From Eledone cirrhosa (Eukaryota), in contig OZ024743.1 of the NCBI GenBank assembly GCA_964016885.1, positions 55,428,001 to 55,492,000 of the forward strand: a stretch of 64,000 nucleotides of DNA, read 5' to 3'. The position numbers and the translations under genes were made by a program. Below, in pieces: positions 12,091-27,728 of the stretch. How positions within the stretch are numbered: position 1 is the first letter of the stretch; every line of letters begins with the position of its first letter. The notes beneath the pieces are model-generated. The model saw only the letters and a program-made list of their open reading frames with translations. It was not told the DNA's origin and made no database searches.

Positions 12091-13670
12091 TGTGTGTGTG
12101 AATGTGATGACACAAACACTGATAGCAGCTAATATAAATCAGTTAGTCACAATGAATGGATTAAAGGGTACCAACATTGTCAGTCGTGTCATGCCATATA
12201 TTGTGTCTCCAATAAAGGCATGTGTTTTTATGGTTAGGATATTTGGCTCGCAATGGCGAGGTCGTAAATTTCATTTCAGTGTCGCATTTCTCCACTCCAA
12301 TCAGCTAGAAAAATAAATCGTACCTGTTGTATCTGTAATTCAAGGTGCTACCATTCTTATCACACGCTGTCTCATATAAGAATCTCCCTGAGATCTTACG
12401 TTGACGATATCAGTACTCACCTACTAACACGTTCATTTTAATTTTCATGGGTAGAGTGTTCCGTTGATCGAACAACTGGAACGCTCATCGTTAAAACAGA
12501 CGGAGCTCCATTCCATTCAATAGAACCATATTTGCATCTTCGTATTTTTCCTTTTCTGTATCATCATCATCATCATCATCGTCGTCATAATCTTCTTCTT
12601 CTTCTTCTTCTTCTTCTTCTTCTCTTCTTCTTCTTCTTCTTCTTCTTCTTCTTCTTCTTCTTCTTCTTCTTCTTCTTCTTCTTCTTCTTCTTCTCTTCTT
12701 CTTCTTCTTCTTCTTCTTCTTCTTCTCTTCTTCTTCTTCTTCTTCTTTATAGCGTCCAGTCTTCATGTGTCATCATATAAAATCACTGACACTGTCTTCT
12801 TGGTTGCTATGGTCGCTTCAGTTGCTGTAGTTGCTGTAGTCTCTGTAGTCACTATAGTTACTATGATCACTATAGTCGCTATGGTTGGTTGATATACGAA
12901 GCAAACTTCTGTCTTTTTTCTTTCTTTTATTCGTCCTCTGACAGATCTTTTATTAGCTTCCATGTCAATGTCTCCATGTATTTTTCGCTTTGATATGCCC
13001 GTCTCGGCATATTCACGACGTGCAATTCAATATTTATTGCTTCATTCTGCAGTATAACATTTCATATACATAGGTTAGCAGTTATCAATCTAGGTTTCAT
13101 CTTCTCTAGCCAAACTGTCATCTCTTCTAGTTATCACAGCCACAATTGCCACAGCCGCCAACATCAACATCATCATCATCGACGTCACCACAGCCACCAC
13201 TAATACAACTACTATCACCAATGCCACAGCCGACACCAACCGCACTACCATCGCCATTGCCAACACCACCACCGTCACCATCTCTATCGCCACCGAAGTC
13301 ACCACCAACGTACACATACACTCACACAAATGTGCTGGAGCCAGTGTGGGTGCCTCACCATAGTCGCTCGACTTGCTAGAAATGGCAACCATATTCTCCT
13401 CAAAGTACATATCTTAAAACCAGCTAAGTTGGGTAGAGTGATCCTGGGTGCACTGCACACAGAAAAATGTAGGGATGGTCACTGGTGGAATGTCTATCCT
13501 CACGGTTGTACTCTTTGATAATACCATATCCTTGTTGTCTCTACTTGCTCTTTTTTTATCTAATGATCCCCCCCTCTCACTCTCACACACAAACACACGC
13601 ACATATACACGCACGCAAACACACGCACATATACGCGCACGCAAACACATATACATACATACACACACAC

Positions 13671-13805
<135 letters not shown>

Positions 13806-13808
13806 CAT

Positions 13809-13860
<52 letters not shown>

Positions 13861-13868
13861 ATAAATAT

Positions 13869-13967
<99 letters not shown>

Positions 13968-15308
13968 CGCATACACACATTATTTATATGTGTAACTACT
14001 GTTCATAGATAACCGAAACTTCATAAATATGTAATATACATTTACACTACACATTGAGTATACAGACACATAAACTTGCCAAATGTTTCAGTGTAAAGAG
14101 CAAAACAATAAATACCTTAAATTGATTGTTGGACCCTTCTAATCAGAAGATATATATTATACATATATATGATGGTGCCAGAAACAGTATAGCGACCGAC
14201 TTACTGTTTAATATTTGTTATTTTCATTTTCTTGTTTAGAATTCCACTTTGCGTTACATTCAGATTTCATAAAGATTTCCTCACTTCGGTCATGGTTGAT
14301 GATAAGCTAGCCCCTGGAAAGTACCCCTGAAAAACGAAACTGCTGGCAAGGTTTTTTGTGGAAAACCAGCAGTCTTCCATGCATTCAAGTCACCCCCATG
14401 CCATTGATATTAACCAAGAAAAGGCACAGGCTGATACAGGTTGGCTCCAGTGTCGTCAGCACTCATCTTTTTCCTTACTGAGTGAAATCGAGAAATAGAA
14501 AATAAATTATCTTGTCCATAAACACAACGCACCGGGAATAGCCTTATGACTTTATGATCATGTGTCAAACACCCTTACGACTGAGCTAGCATTAATTCCA
14601 GTAATACAATGTTTCAAAAAATTAGATACCATTTGAGATGTAAATATCCCAGACACTACGAAGGCGGAGACTACGAGATTGAGCAGGCTAAATGTTGAGC
14701 AACATAAGATTTATTCCTCAAAATTTGTCAACATTACGACACTAACTCACAATATATATTTTAATTTGACAATCTTGAGAACAGGCGATGATATCTAATT
14801 GTTTGAAATAGCCTGTATATTGAATTTAATACCAGTGACATCAATTACTCTTCACCACAGATATGGCATTGACCTTGTACCAAAGAGTGAAATGATTTCC
14901 AATATTAATATGTAACGATGTGAGATAGAAGATAGAGAAAGCCATTTATTTACAGTATATAATACGTGGTTAGAGAAAAGTATTTAAAGACATCATCTAA
15001 CACACGCGCACACATGTGATAGTGTAGATATTATAAGAACTGAAGTAGCTGTTAAAATGGTGGTTTCATCAGTAGGAATATTGCTTAATAGAGATGACGG
15101 TGATGCTTATGGTTGTGGTATGAAGGATAAAACGAAGACTAGTTTTATTTCTATTGAATATTTAATTTTTTAAATCGTCAAGTATTTAAAGTATGCGCTT
15201 TAGTGCAATTAAATATTATATGCTAAACTGAACGTTTTACAATATACTACGTTTCCAGTTAGATTAGCTATTGACATTTAATAAATCACGAGGTAAAACA
15301 TTTATTAA

Positions 15309-15515
15309 CCCTTTAGCATTTACATTACTCTATATTTACTATTGTATTTTCACAGTAAAGACTTAATTATTTCACTAATATTGATTCTATGAGATTTTGA
15401 TATTTATTTTGAGAACAATACCTTAACATCAGTATGAGTGGTCGGTTATAGCCAGATTGAACAGAAAGAGGTGAGAGATTTCTGGCCGGATACAACCGGT
15501 TTAAATGCTAAAGGG
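15309..15515. mobile_element. piggyBac-type MITE
   Basis: TTAA duplication (15305-15308, 15516-15519) and 14-bp TIRs CCCTTTAGCATTTA / TAAATGCTAAAGGG. Confidence 0.85.
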
Positions 15516-15614
15516 TTAAGATAGGAATTTCCTCAGCACAATCAGTGTTACATGATCAGTTGTGTCTTTGTTTTCAACAACCATGGAATTTCCACAGGGT
15601 GGCTAAGCATTATT

Positions 15615-15830
15615 GCGGTGGATTGGTAGTATCGGTAGAAGGTCGAACGCCATGCTTTGACGCATAGAGTTACGTCCCTTTATGATCTGAGTTAAAATCC
15701 AGCCGAGGTTAGATTTGTATTTCATCCTTACGTGGTCGACAAAATACAGTACCAGTAATGCACTGGAGTCGATATAATTGACCCCCCCCCCCCCCAAAAA
15801 AAAAAGTTGGTCTTGTGCTTAAGTCAGAAA
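15615..15830 (+). mobile_element. tRNA-derived SINE
   Basis: A-box-like tggtagtatcgg, B-box-like gttaaaatcc, shared core. Confidence 0.8.
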
Positions 15831-16752
15831 CCATCACAATAGCAATGTTTGTATTGTTCTCTGGTGTATATTACTGTTTAATTCTACAGTAAAGGAGGTC
15901 TAAATAATCTTAATGCAACCCTATACAAACCAGAACAAAATTAGATTTTAAAATGTGTCAGCTTTGTTTCTCCTGTGTTGTTCAATTCTTCTAGTAACGA
16001 CGAACCTATTTCTATAACTATATAGTGAGAAACGATTGTTTTATTTAGATTCCTGGTCTGGGACCACATTATTGAGACTGCATGTTATTGAGATAAGAGG
16101 AAGAGAACAGTCGAAATAAAAAGGAAAACGCTTTAGAATTTGGGAATTATATCTCCTTATTTATAAAAACAAAACATGTACATATGTGTATACCTCCTAC
16201 TGCTATATAGAATACCTCTCCCTCGTCCTCAACCTCTCTCCCACCCTCTCTATCATTCCCTGCATCTACATCACTTCGCTCAACATTTCAGACTTTCTCC
16301 TCCTCTTACTTTGAATAATTTATGATATTTTTACAATGCTTTCTTTTAATATCCAACGATCCCAGACGATATCTTGAAAATTGAGTTCACTTCTAGAAAT
16401 ATCTTATAAGTATTAGTCATGTCTGGGCAATTATAGAGTATTAGATACTCCTGAAATGTCCTCTTGTCTTGGAAATATGAAGATAAAAACGGGGAAAGTT
16501 AAACACTAAAGTTGCAATCTTCAAAGAGATAGTTTCTGTTACAATTATATGTCTAGAGATACAAACAAACGGTTAATTATGTTTTTCAAGTGGAGGTTAT
16601 TTCGGGAATAACTTCAAGAGTATATATGTATGTGTATATGTATATGTATATATGTATTTATGTATGAATGTAATGTGTCTATGTATGTATGTGTGTATGT
16701 ATGTATGCATGTATGAATGTATGTGTATATGTATGTATATATAATGTATATG

Positions 16753-16806
<54 letters not shown>

Positions 16807-16944
16807 GTGTGTATATATATGTATATGTGTGTGTATATGCATATATATATGTATATATATATATATATATGTGTGTGTATATTCATATATATATATGCAT
16901 ATACTTGTACATATATGCAAACACATACATATGTATACACGTAC

Positions 16945-17072
<128 letters not shown>

Positions 17073-17662
17073 ACAATAAATCTCTTATCAGTACCAAAAG
17101 TAGCGTACATTTCTTCAAGTAGACCAATCAAAATTCTCTATTTTCGGTATTCAGAAATTGGTTGGTTGTAAACAGATGGTGAAAAGGTTTAACCAGTTTT
17201 CCCATGAAAAGTGTTGTTGTTGCTGTTGCTGTTGTTGTTTCTCTGTGTGTAAACATGTTAACGATACTAACAGCCAACAATCGCATTAATGATAATTTCT
17301 TATACAAGCACCTATCTGACGCCTTTCCTATAAACAGCAGCCATCGTTTAAACGCTAAAAGTTTCACTTGGGATTCGAAACTGATACCATATAATATACT
17401 ACGTTAATGTTTATGTTCCTCCCGCGATAGAGAGTTCAGTTATCTAATGAGTTTACAATTTTCATTAGATTCCCAGGTGTCGCATCTGAAGCAGGCATTT
17501 CTATAATGTTATATTTCACTTACATGTAATAAAACACGTCGAAAAGGGGCTGGGAAGCTGCCCTTTGATAAAGACGAATGAATAGAAAGGAAAGTGAAGG
17601 CGTAACGTGCAGGGTGGGTGTATTAGATGGTATTAGATGGTAAAATATGAATTTATGATTGA

Positions 17663-17719
17663 TCTTCTTCTTCTTCTTCTTCTTCTTCTTCTTCTTCTTC
17701 TTCTTCTTCTTCTTCTTCT

Positions 17720-17765
<46 letters not shown>

Positions 17766-18160
17766 TTCTTCTTCTTCTTCTTCTTCTTCTTCTTCTTCTT
17801 CTTCTTCTTCTTCTTCTTCTTCTTCTTCTTCTTCTTCTTCTTCTTCTTCCCTATTGAAGAGATCTCTATCCTTCACATTCACAAGCCTTGTCATGAGTTT
17901 GCCTGTCTCCATGTGGAGCCTATGCCTGCCGAGTCCTCCCCTACAGACTTCAGCCAGGTTTTGACGGGTCTGCGTTGTTTCCTATGCACACGCTCCTGGT
18001 TTCCATTCGTGGGAGACCTCCACCTGTGTCTTTGTGGACATGCGTAGCAATTTACCATGTATCTTCCTCCGTCGTACGGTGAACGTGTCCGGTAGATCAC
18101 ACAGTCGAGCCCTTTCTATGACCTCATTTGTGATGTTGTCAAGCCAAGAGAACCAAAGTA
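17663..18160 (-). mobile_element. RTE LINE 3' fragment with (GAA)n tail
   Basis: RKQRRPVKTWLKSVGED...TW C-terminal motif next to a long (TTC)n tract. Confidence 0.65.
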
Positions 18161-18861
18161 TGGTCTATAAAAAACAACTACAGTTGGGTTTACGGAAGAG
18201 AAATACAAAGTACGTTGAACCATTGTTGGTTCCGACAACGAGTGTTCCAGTTGTTCGATCAACGGAACAGCCTGTTAGTAAAACGGGATATAGCTATAGA
18301 CGTTTTTAAGCTGTTTGATTAGGAGGAAGGGGCTGTACTCTGGCTGGTTGGACGAAAATGGGTAGGAATTTATCATAAAACTCGAAACCTGGTTCGAATT
18401 CTTGCTAGAAGGTGTACTCCACTAAAGGAACTGAAAGTCTGGTTAGTGGTGTTAAACTGGGCTATGAATTAAGTCTACCATCCAATTACGCGACAGTAGG
18501 TTTTGAATTCAGAACGCAATGAGTTGGAGAAAATTGGGCGAGACGCTGAAGCATGGCCTAATCCTGTCGGCTAGAACACGTAATAGAATAATAGAATTAT
18601 AGAATACACCAACGACTACACCAATGTAGCGCCTTGGGCTTGAACTTTCGTTTATTGACTCCGAAAGGATGAAACGGAAAATTGACATTGGCAAGATTTG
18701 AACGAGGTGTGCAAAGACTTGGAACAAATTCGGCAAGGCATTTATGAGGGAAATATGCAATTGTATGTATAGTCAGCAACTGCTCAGAACAGAAAATCTC
18801 GATGAGATTTCACCTGAGGTTGCTGAGAACCGGAACAAATAACAATAAATTTGATATTTAC

Positions 18862-19050
18862 AATTGTTTCTACTTTTGGCACAAGGACAGCAATCACCCA
18901 GTGCATTACTGGTGCCTTATTTCATCGACTCCGTAAGGAGGAAAGGCAAAGTTAACCCCGGAAGAATTTAAACACAGAAAGTAAAGGGCCATAACTCTAT
19001 GCTGCAAAGCATGGTGTCTGACGCTCTACCGATACTGCCAATTCACCACC
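18862..19050 (-). mobile_element. tRNA-derived SINE
   Basis: Reverse complement of the 21660 family. Confidence 0.85.
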
Positions 19051-19817
19051 CAATTTGATATTTATAATGAGTAACTGCTAGGAACTGAAGTATTTCCCGT
19101 TCAGTCGCGAACACATCATTGGAAACGATTAACAATATATATTTGTTCCCAGTTTAATAGACAATTTTTTCCACATTCTTTTATATTATAGCAACTGAAT
19201 TGAATGATGGAAATTTGCTAGAGAATCATCAGATGTATTTCAGAGCGCCTCAACCACAATTACACATGCATCTTCGATGAATTCAACGTCGGTGTTAATT
19301 TATTGATTAGCAATGCGGAGATTAACTTGAAACCGTAGCTAAAGAGAAAAGGAATTGGTTAACTTCATCTGAGATATGAAGAGACGGACCGTAACTTTTG
19401 GTTGAACTTAAATTTACATTAGGAATTTTTGGTCATAATACGCTAATACTACAGGTGGATTATACCATATTACGTTCTAATATTCGCTGGAATATTGCAT
19501 ACAATTTCCATTTTAACAGCAAAATATAACGTCGGGTATAAAATATCTAATCTAATATATATATGTGTGGTTATAAATATGCATATAAATACATATAAAC
19601 ATGAGAGTAAAATGTATATTCGAACGCTTGGCTATATATTATATATAAATATGTATATATATATATATGTATATGTGTGTGTGTGTGTGTGCGCGTGTGC
19701 GCGTGCATGTATGTGTGTGTCCATGTGTACGTATATACATTTTCAGCCCCATGCGTATATATGTATTAATGTACTTTTATTACCATCATGTATATAATAT
19801 ATATATATATATGTATG

Positions 19818-19958
<141 letters not shown>

Positions 19959-19988
19959 ATGTGTGTGTATATATATTTAGATATGTAT

Positions 19989-20049
<61 letters not shown>

Positions 20050-20340
20050 GGGGAGGGATATGATATGATACAGGCATTGCAGCGTATAAGTAAAAATCAA
20101 TTGCTATTATCTATGCCCACTCAGGTGCATTTACCCAAATGTTTAAGTTTAACATTGGATAGCATAGATATATTTGTGTGTGTGTATATATATATATACA
20201 AATTGTTTATACATGCATATATCCTCGTTGCCATCATAATTGTATCTATATCATCGTATCAGTTGGTATATGTGAGAGTAAATATCGTTTTCCATATAGA
20301 TATACTTCACTTACATAAACACACAGACACACACACACAC

Positions 20341-20434
<94 letters not shown>

Positions 20435-20517
20435 CATACATATATATATATGTGTGTGCATGCGTGTGTGTATATGTATACATATATATATATAATTTTA
20501 CATATATATATATACTG

Positions 20518-20567
<50 letters not shown>

Positions 20568-20621
20568 ATATATATATGTATACACACACATCTATAAATA
20601 TATACATCTATATAGATATAT

Positions 20622-20664
<43 letters not shown>

Positions 20665-21097
20665 TATAATAGGCAGATTCTAGATGTATATCAGGAGATG
20701 ACCACAGTTAAAATGGTGCTCCATACGTTAGTAGAGAACTGACATCTTTATTTCATTATAGATATGACTTCTACAGGACTAGTTCTGTTTCTTCGTAAGA
20801 AATTATCAGGAAAGTCAGTTAATCTTTTTCAGCTTCTATATTTATAGTTTCCTTGGAATGGGTATTGGGTGGGGGGATTAAAAAATGGGCCCCTTAATCA
20901 CTCCTCACAACACCCATTTCAAAGAAACTGAAAATAGAAAAATTTGAATTTTGAATATATATTAGCTTCAAGTTAACTGCTTCAATGCAAATATCCAGCA
21001 CTCCTTTGCGAAGACTTTCATGTCCCTAGTCATTGGATATTCATCAAACAAACCCGCTAATGGAAAAAGCCTCCATATTATTGGTTCTAAACTACAT

Positions 21098-21277
21098 AAT
21101 TGTTTCTACTTTAGGCACAAGGCCAGCAAATAGCCAGTGCATTACTGGTACTTTATTTTATCGACCCCGTAAGGATGAAAGGCAAAGTCAACCTCGGCTG
21201 GATTTGAACTTAGATCGTAAAGGGACGTAACTATGCTGGAAAGCATGGCGTCCGACCCTCTACCGATACTGCCAATC
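21098..21277 (-). mobile_element. tRNA-derived SINE
   Basis: Reverse complement of the 21660 family. Confidence 0.9.
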
Positions 21278-21617
21278 AAATGAGTCGATTTATTTACTTC
21301 CGGTTTGTGTTACATACAAGATAATACATATCACTAAAAATAGTATAATCTCTAGACTCTCTGTCGTACACACATATATACAGACACCTACATACACACG
21401 TGTGCATTCATTTCATTCACACAAAACACATTAAAATGGCTACAGAGAAGCTTGAAAATAAAATGAATTTAGGTTAATAATGACGTTATTGCTCCATCCA
21501 ATCTATTCACCATCGATATTTACCCTAAATATACATACACTTACACTATACATATATACACTATATATATGTGTGTGTGTGTGTGTGTGTGAATATATAT
21601 GCATACACACAAACACT

Positions 21618-21648
<31 letters not shown>

Positions 21649-21659
21649 CGCGCGCATAA

Positions 21660-22212
21660 GGGCGTTGAATTGGCAGTATCGGTAGAGGGTCGGACGCCAT
21701 GCTTTCCAGCATAGTTACGTCCCTTTACGATCCGAGTTCAAATCTCGCCGAGGTTGACTTTGCCTTTCATCCTTACGGGGTCGATAAAATAAAGTACCAG
21801 TAATGCACTGGGTAATTTGCTGGCCTTGTGCCAAAAGTAGAAACAATTATATTATATTGTCGGAGGGCGGTGAATTGGCAGTATTGGTAGAGGATCAGAC
21901 ATGCTTTCCAGCGTGGTTACGTCCCTTTGCGATCTGAGTTCAAATCCCGCCGAGGTCAACTTTACCTTTCATCCTTACGGGGTCGATAAAATAAAGTATC
22001 AGTAATGTACTGGGTAATTGCTGGCCTTGTGCCAAAAGTAGAAACAATTATATGATATTGTCGGACGCCATGCTTTCACGCTACGGCCCTTGCCATTCTG
22101 AGTTCAAATCCCGCCGAGGTTAACTTTGCCTTTCATCCTTACGGGGTCGATAAGATAAAGTACCAGTAATGTACTGAGTATTTGATGGCCTTGTGCCAAA
22201 AGTAGAAACAAT
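21660..22212 (+). mobile_element. Three head-to-tail ~190-bp tRNA-derived SINEs
   Basis: A box TGGCAGTATCGG, B box GTTCAAATC, core gcctttcatccttacggggtcgataaaataaagtacc (resembles the Meta/MESC domain, from memory), common tail ggccttgtgccaaaagtagaaacaatta. Confidence 0.9.
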
Positions 22213-22877
22213 TATATTATATTATATATACGTAAACCTACCGTCATTGCTACAACCAGTCAATTCATCGATAACTAACCTAAGTATACAAACATTTACA
22301 CTACACATATATACACTATATACACATATAGAGGGCAAACGAACGCAATCGAATATCTTATATGTAAACAATGCACTCGGAAAACAAAGCCAACAATACA
22401 AAAAGTATCTAGTGGACAAGACTGTCGGATTCCAAACTCGGAAAAATTACATTCGTAAAAACCGAGCCAAAATCACGAACTGAATGACTATATTAGAGCT
22501 AAGATCTCCCTGATAAACCCTTCCTCAGACAGCCGCCATATATCCCAACCCCTAACCGGCTCTACATATTGGTATGTGGGAGAAGGGCTTTTTCAAATTG
22601 CAACCTTCAAATTACGCATTTTCTGTATAAGAAAAGACATTAAATATCCATTATTACCTACATTGACTACGACCCCATTACGAAATAATCCTTGCTCTAC
22701 CATCTCTCGTGTACCCTTGACCTTAAACCATTAAGCAATTCCCTCGCAATGGTGTAATGTCGCGCATGGGGAGGCCAGGTTTCAAATCTCAACTATAATA
22801 AAGGATGGACTGCGGGATTGGGTACGGTTTATTTTTTTAATCCCGTTTGTAAAATAAGTTGGATTACTTTGAATAAA

Positions 22878-23270
22878 TAATTGTTTCTACTTTTGGCACA
22901 AGGCCAGCAATTACCCAGTACATTACTGGTACTTCATTTTATCGACCCCGTAAGGATGAAAGGCAAAGTTAACTTTGGCGGGATTTGAACTCAGATCGTA
23001 AAGGGACGTAACTCTTTGCGTCAAAGCATGGCGTCCGACCCTCTACTGATGCTGCCAATCCACCGCCTTACTTTGAATAAATAATTGTTTCTACTTTAGG
23101 CACAAGGCCAGCAAATTACCCAGTGCATTATTGGTACTTTATTTTATCGACCTCGTAAGGATGAAAGGCAAAGTAAACCTCGGCGGGATTTGAACTCAGA
23201 ATGGCAAGGGCCGTAACTCTATGCGTCAAAGCATGGCGTCCGACTCTCTACCGATACTGCCAATCCACCA
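22878..23270 (-). mobile_element. Two tandem SINEs
   Basis: Same family in reverse orientation; each is preceded on + by ttactttgaataaata. Confidence 0.9.
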
Positions 23271-24239
23271 ATAAATAATGAATGAATATTACATAATTTA
23301 TCTACTAAATTTCGTGGCTGTTGATTAAATATATTTTGTTTATTTAAAGATTCACTTCTTTAAAATTTCTGAAATGTCAACACTTCCGGTTGGCCATCGC
23401 TTAAATAAACATACTAATTTTCTCCCAATGCAGTTCATATATAGTATCGTCTTTTTTAATGTATCATGGATTACGTTACTGATTAAATAAGACAGTGTAA
23501 CGCAGTCTTCGTTCAATTTCTATGTATTATATATTGTCAATTACGATTTTATTTGATGTATCATATCTACATGTATATATATATACCTGCGTATAATATC
23601 AATATACACACTACACATGGTAGCAGAAAACCACCCGGAGGGTGGTTTTTCTGCTAGTAAACATAATATACGTACATACTCGAATGTAAAACGTAATTAA
23701 GATTAAATAAAGTACTAATCTATTAAAGAAAAAAAAGAAACGATTAAAAACGAAGGATACAAGATGTCTAGTTCTTATTCCGTATCCTAAAGCCAAAAAG
23801 CTTTATGTACACACATGTCACATAAGCGGTCTCATATATCTTAATATACGAGACAAGTCTGTTTCTATGTATGTCTGTGCCCCCCCCCCCTCCCCACACA
23901 CACACACACCTCATTTTTTATGTAACAATCGTTTGTTTCTACACTTCTACGTCACGCCAGACTTTGTATGTTTTACTTCTTTTCTCATTAATGATTTCAT
24001 CTCTTTATCTCTCTGTCTCTCCCATTCTCTCTTTCTCTCTACCTCTCTCCCTTCCTCTCTCTCTCTCTCCCTGTCTCTCTCTCTCTCACCATTGCTATAT
24101 ATTTCTCTTTTTTATCTCCCCGCTTTCAAATTCACTTCCTTTTCCACAGACCCTCTTCTAATATCATAGCGAACGCTCTCACTTTCTGTCACTATGTATT
24201 CTTTTTTCCATTTTTTCTCTTCACTTCTTTTTCTCTCTG

Positions 24240-24426
<187 letters not shown>

Positions 24427-25139
24427 CTCTCTCGCTCTCTCTTTCTCTCTCTCACTCTCTCTCAATACTTTGGAATATTTTTTTAGTCCACAGTTGTCAT
24501 TTGAACAGTTTTTTATTTAAAAAGGGAATTTCATTAATAAGCAACAACATCAACAACGAAACAAGGTAATATATAGATAGATACGAAAGTACGTGTATAT
24601 GTAAATATCTATTTTTATGCAAATGTATACTCACATAATCATCATCATCATCTTCGTTTAACCCTCCATCTTCCACGCTAATATCAAATATTCTTGCTCA
24701 CACGTACACAAATACATATAGACATACACATATTACATGGCATGCATGTCATGTTGTATATTTAATTCACCTTCAATTTGCGATTTCCGTGGGGTTCTTT
24801 TGGGGTGGGTTATTTTTGCTAGTTTAGTGGAAGGGGCAGTGCCAAGACCTTTGCTGGTCATCTGAGACCCATGAGATTGAAGCTGCTGATGTTCAATATA
24901 AATTGTTTCAAGCCAATTCTTTCATAAAAGACATGTGTAGGGAAAGAATTCCGATGGGATAACGATCGAGGGGGGAGAGAACTGAACGTAGTGCAGGGTT
25001 TGTGGATGTTGGATACAATATGCGTGGTGAAAGGAAAAGAGATTTGTGAGGAAGGAGTACGTGAATTATGATGTCATGTTTTTAAATAAACATACAGTAT
25101 ATTATCAAATATACTATGCGTACATCTCTCTTACCATCC

Positions 25140-25470
25140 TCCGGGAAAACGGAACTGTATGAACATCTCCCAAAAGTTTCAGCAAAAGTTCAGCAAAGAA
25201 GGATGAAACACGCGGCTCACTGCATCAGACACAATTGTGATGTAGCAAACAAATTAGTGCACTGCCAACCTGCTGAGAGAATGACCTGTAGAGGAAGGAT
25301 CCAACACGCAGGTCACTGCATCAAACACAATTGTGATGTAGCAAACAAATTAGTGGTCTAGCAACCTGCTGAGGGAATAACCTGTAGAGGAAGAAGAAAG
25401 ATCACCTACGTGGACTCTCTGCTAGAAGACACAGAGGTGGAGACAGTGGAGAAGCTCAAAACCATCATAA
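25140..25470 (+). mobile_element. RTE-type LINE fragment with internal duplication
   Basis: LYEHLPKVSAKVQQRRMKHAAHCIRH...RGRRKITYVDSLLEDT; the HCI.HNCDVANKLV block occurs twice. Confidence 0.75.
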
Positions 25471-25813
25471 TTGTGGAATCAGTAGGTGGAGTGCCTCCCA
25501 CTGAACGACCGAAGAAAGGATAGGATTGTCGCTTGATCCAGGAACCGAATTCACGATCTTAGCATTGTGAATCTAATACCCTCACCACTAGGCTAGGCGC
25601 CTTCTTCGGAGTGCGGGGGAATAAACAGTAACATTAGCTGCTGAAACAAGCTGTACACGTGTTAAAATCTGTCAGTGTTGCATATGTGTGAATATGTGTG
25701 TGTATGTGTGTGTGTAGTACACATTTGCAGACGTACATACATACACACTATCACTTTTATAGTTATATAAACAGCTAACGGAAATTTTCTTGGTATAATA
25801 CATATATGTGTGT

Positions 25814-25865
<52 letters not shown>

Positions 25866-26336
25866 TGTGTTTGTGTGTGTGTGTACATGTGTGTGTGTAC
25901 ATGTGTGTGTGTACATGTGTGTGTGTGTGTACATATAGGCATATACGCACACATGCATACACTCACACACACACATCCATGTACATATCTGTATACCTAC
26001 ACATATGTATATGTAGGTATGTGTAAATAGTTATTTCCCTGTGTAGTTCTTTGATCAAGTATATATGTGTGACAGCAGGAAGGAGGACATCAAAGCAAGG
26101 TATGCCCCCAGACCGCCGCCATTACACACCACTCAGTGATTAGGAAACACAAAATCTTACAGACATTTGGTCAACTATATCAAAGGAAATGTGACAGAGA
26201 GAAAGGCGAAGAGAGAGAGAGAGAGAGAAGGGGGGACAGATACGAAGACTCGCACGAAGGGTGACAGAAGAATGAGAGATAGAAAGACAGATAGGCAGTC
26301 AGAAACAGACAGACAGACATAGATAGAGAGGGAGAG

Positions 26337-26668
<332 letters not shown>

Positions 26669-26970
26669 GAAAAAGCGAGAAAGAAAAATGGAATGAGAGA
26701 TTTAGAGAGAGAGAAAAAGAGAGACCAAGAAAGAAAGAGAGAAATAGCGACAGAGAGAGCTATACAGAGAGAATGAGAGCTATAGAGATATAGAGAGGTA
26801 TATAGAAAGAAAAAGCACTAGAGAAACAGATCAGAGAGAGTAAGGAAGATAGAGATAGATAGAGATAAAAAAGAAAGATATATACAGAAAGAAAGAGAGG
26901 GAGAGAGAGAGGGGGGTGAGAAAGGGAGACAAAGTTACAGAGAGAGACATAGACAAATATGTAGATAGAT

Positions 26971-27006
<36 letters not shown>

Positions 27007-27174
27007 GGGGAGAGATAAATAGATAGATATACACACATAGAACTCCTCGGTAGCACTGCCAGGCCAGGGACCCCTGGAAGTTGTCCATAGGTCCCGGGCG
27101 GAAAGTCCTACCAAATAGACTGGTGAGCTCAATGTCTTCGACGCCCAGAGTCTCTCCGGGCACGTCATCGCCCT

Positions 27175-27728
27175 TGTAACGTACAATCGGTGAAAGATGT
27201 GTATGTTGTGTTGTCACCAATAAAGGAAAGGAATGTTTCTCTTTGTTGAATATAAGTCACCATTTGGTTGAAGATGTAAATTCCAATTTAGCGGAGAAGT
27301 ATATTTCAGAAGTTGTAATGTTGCCACGAGGAACCAGGTTTGGTAGAGAGATATGATAGGAATATCAACAACGACTTTAGCTTGGTTTTACATTATTTAT
27401 TAACAGAGGTTGAGCTGGCATGCCAAGAGAAATGAAATAATTCAATTAAGATTACAGAAAGACACGGGCTACAGGCTCAGAGAAGCGTTGCCAGGCCGTG
27501 GTTAAATTGTTGTGTTACATATTGGCTAGTGATTTCACGGCGCAAGAAAAATGGTTGTTTACCTTAGCACGGTCGAAGCTGCGAGTCATAGCGTCCTCAA
27601 ATCTTTGCGGGCTATTTCTCCCTCAGAACGCGTAGGGATACATCCTCTTCTACTGACGCTGATTGGCTGAGCTGATCCAAATCACGCACAGAGAATGTAT
27701 GTGAGCCCGCGGAATGTAGGTCACTACA
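27175..27728 (-). mobile_element. Insertion in Tx1 ORF2, possible solo LTR
   Basis: Ends TGTA...TACA. CCAAT and AATAAA on the minus strand. It splits ORF2 between FYRG and GDDVPGETLG. No clean TSD. Confidence 0.5.

Noticed and set aside
12763-13530. Possible host exons
   Set aside because: Low complexity, stops in the plausible frames, no recognisable domain.
20773-20811. Hammerhead-like CTGATAA...GAAAC on the minus strand
   Set aside because: Core mismatch and no convincing helix I.
22509-22600. CTGATAA followed by a long stem
   Set aside because: No GAAA in the required position.
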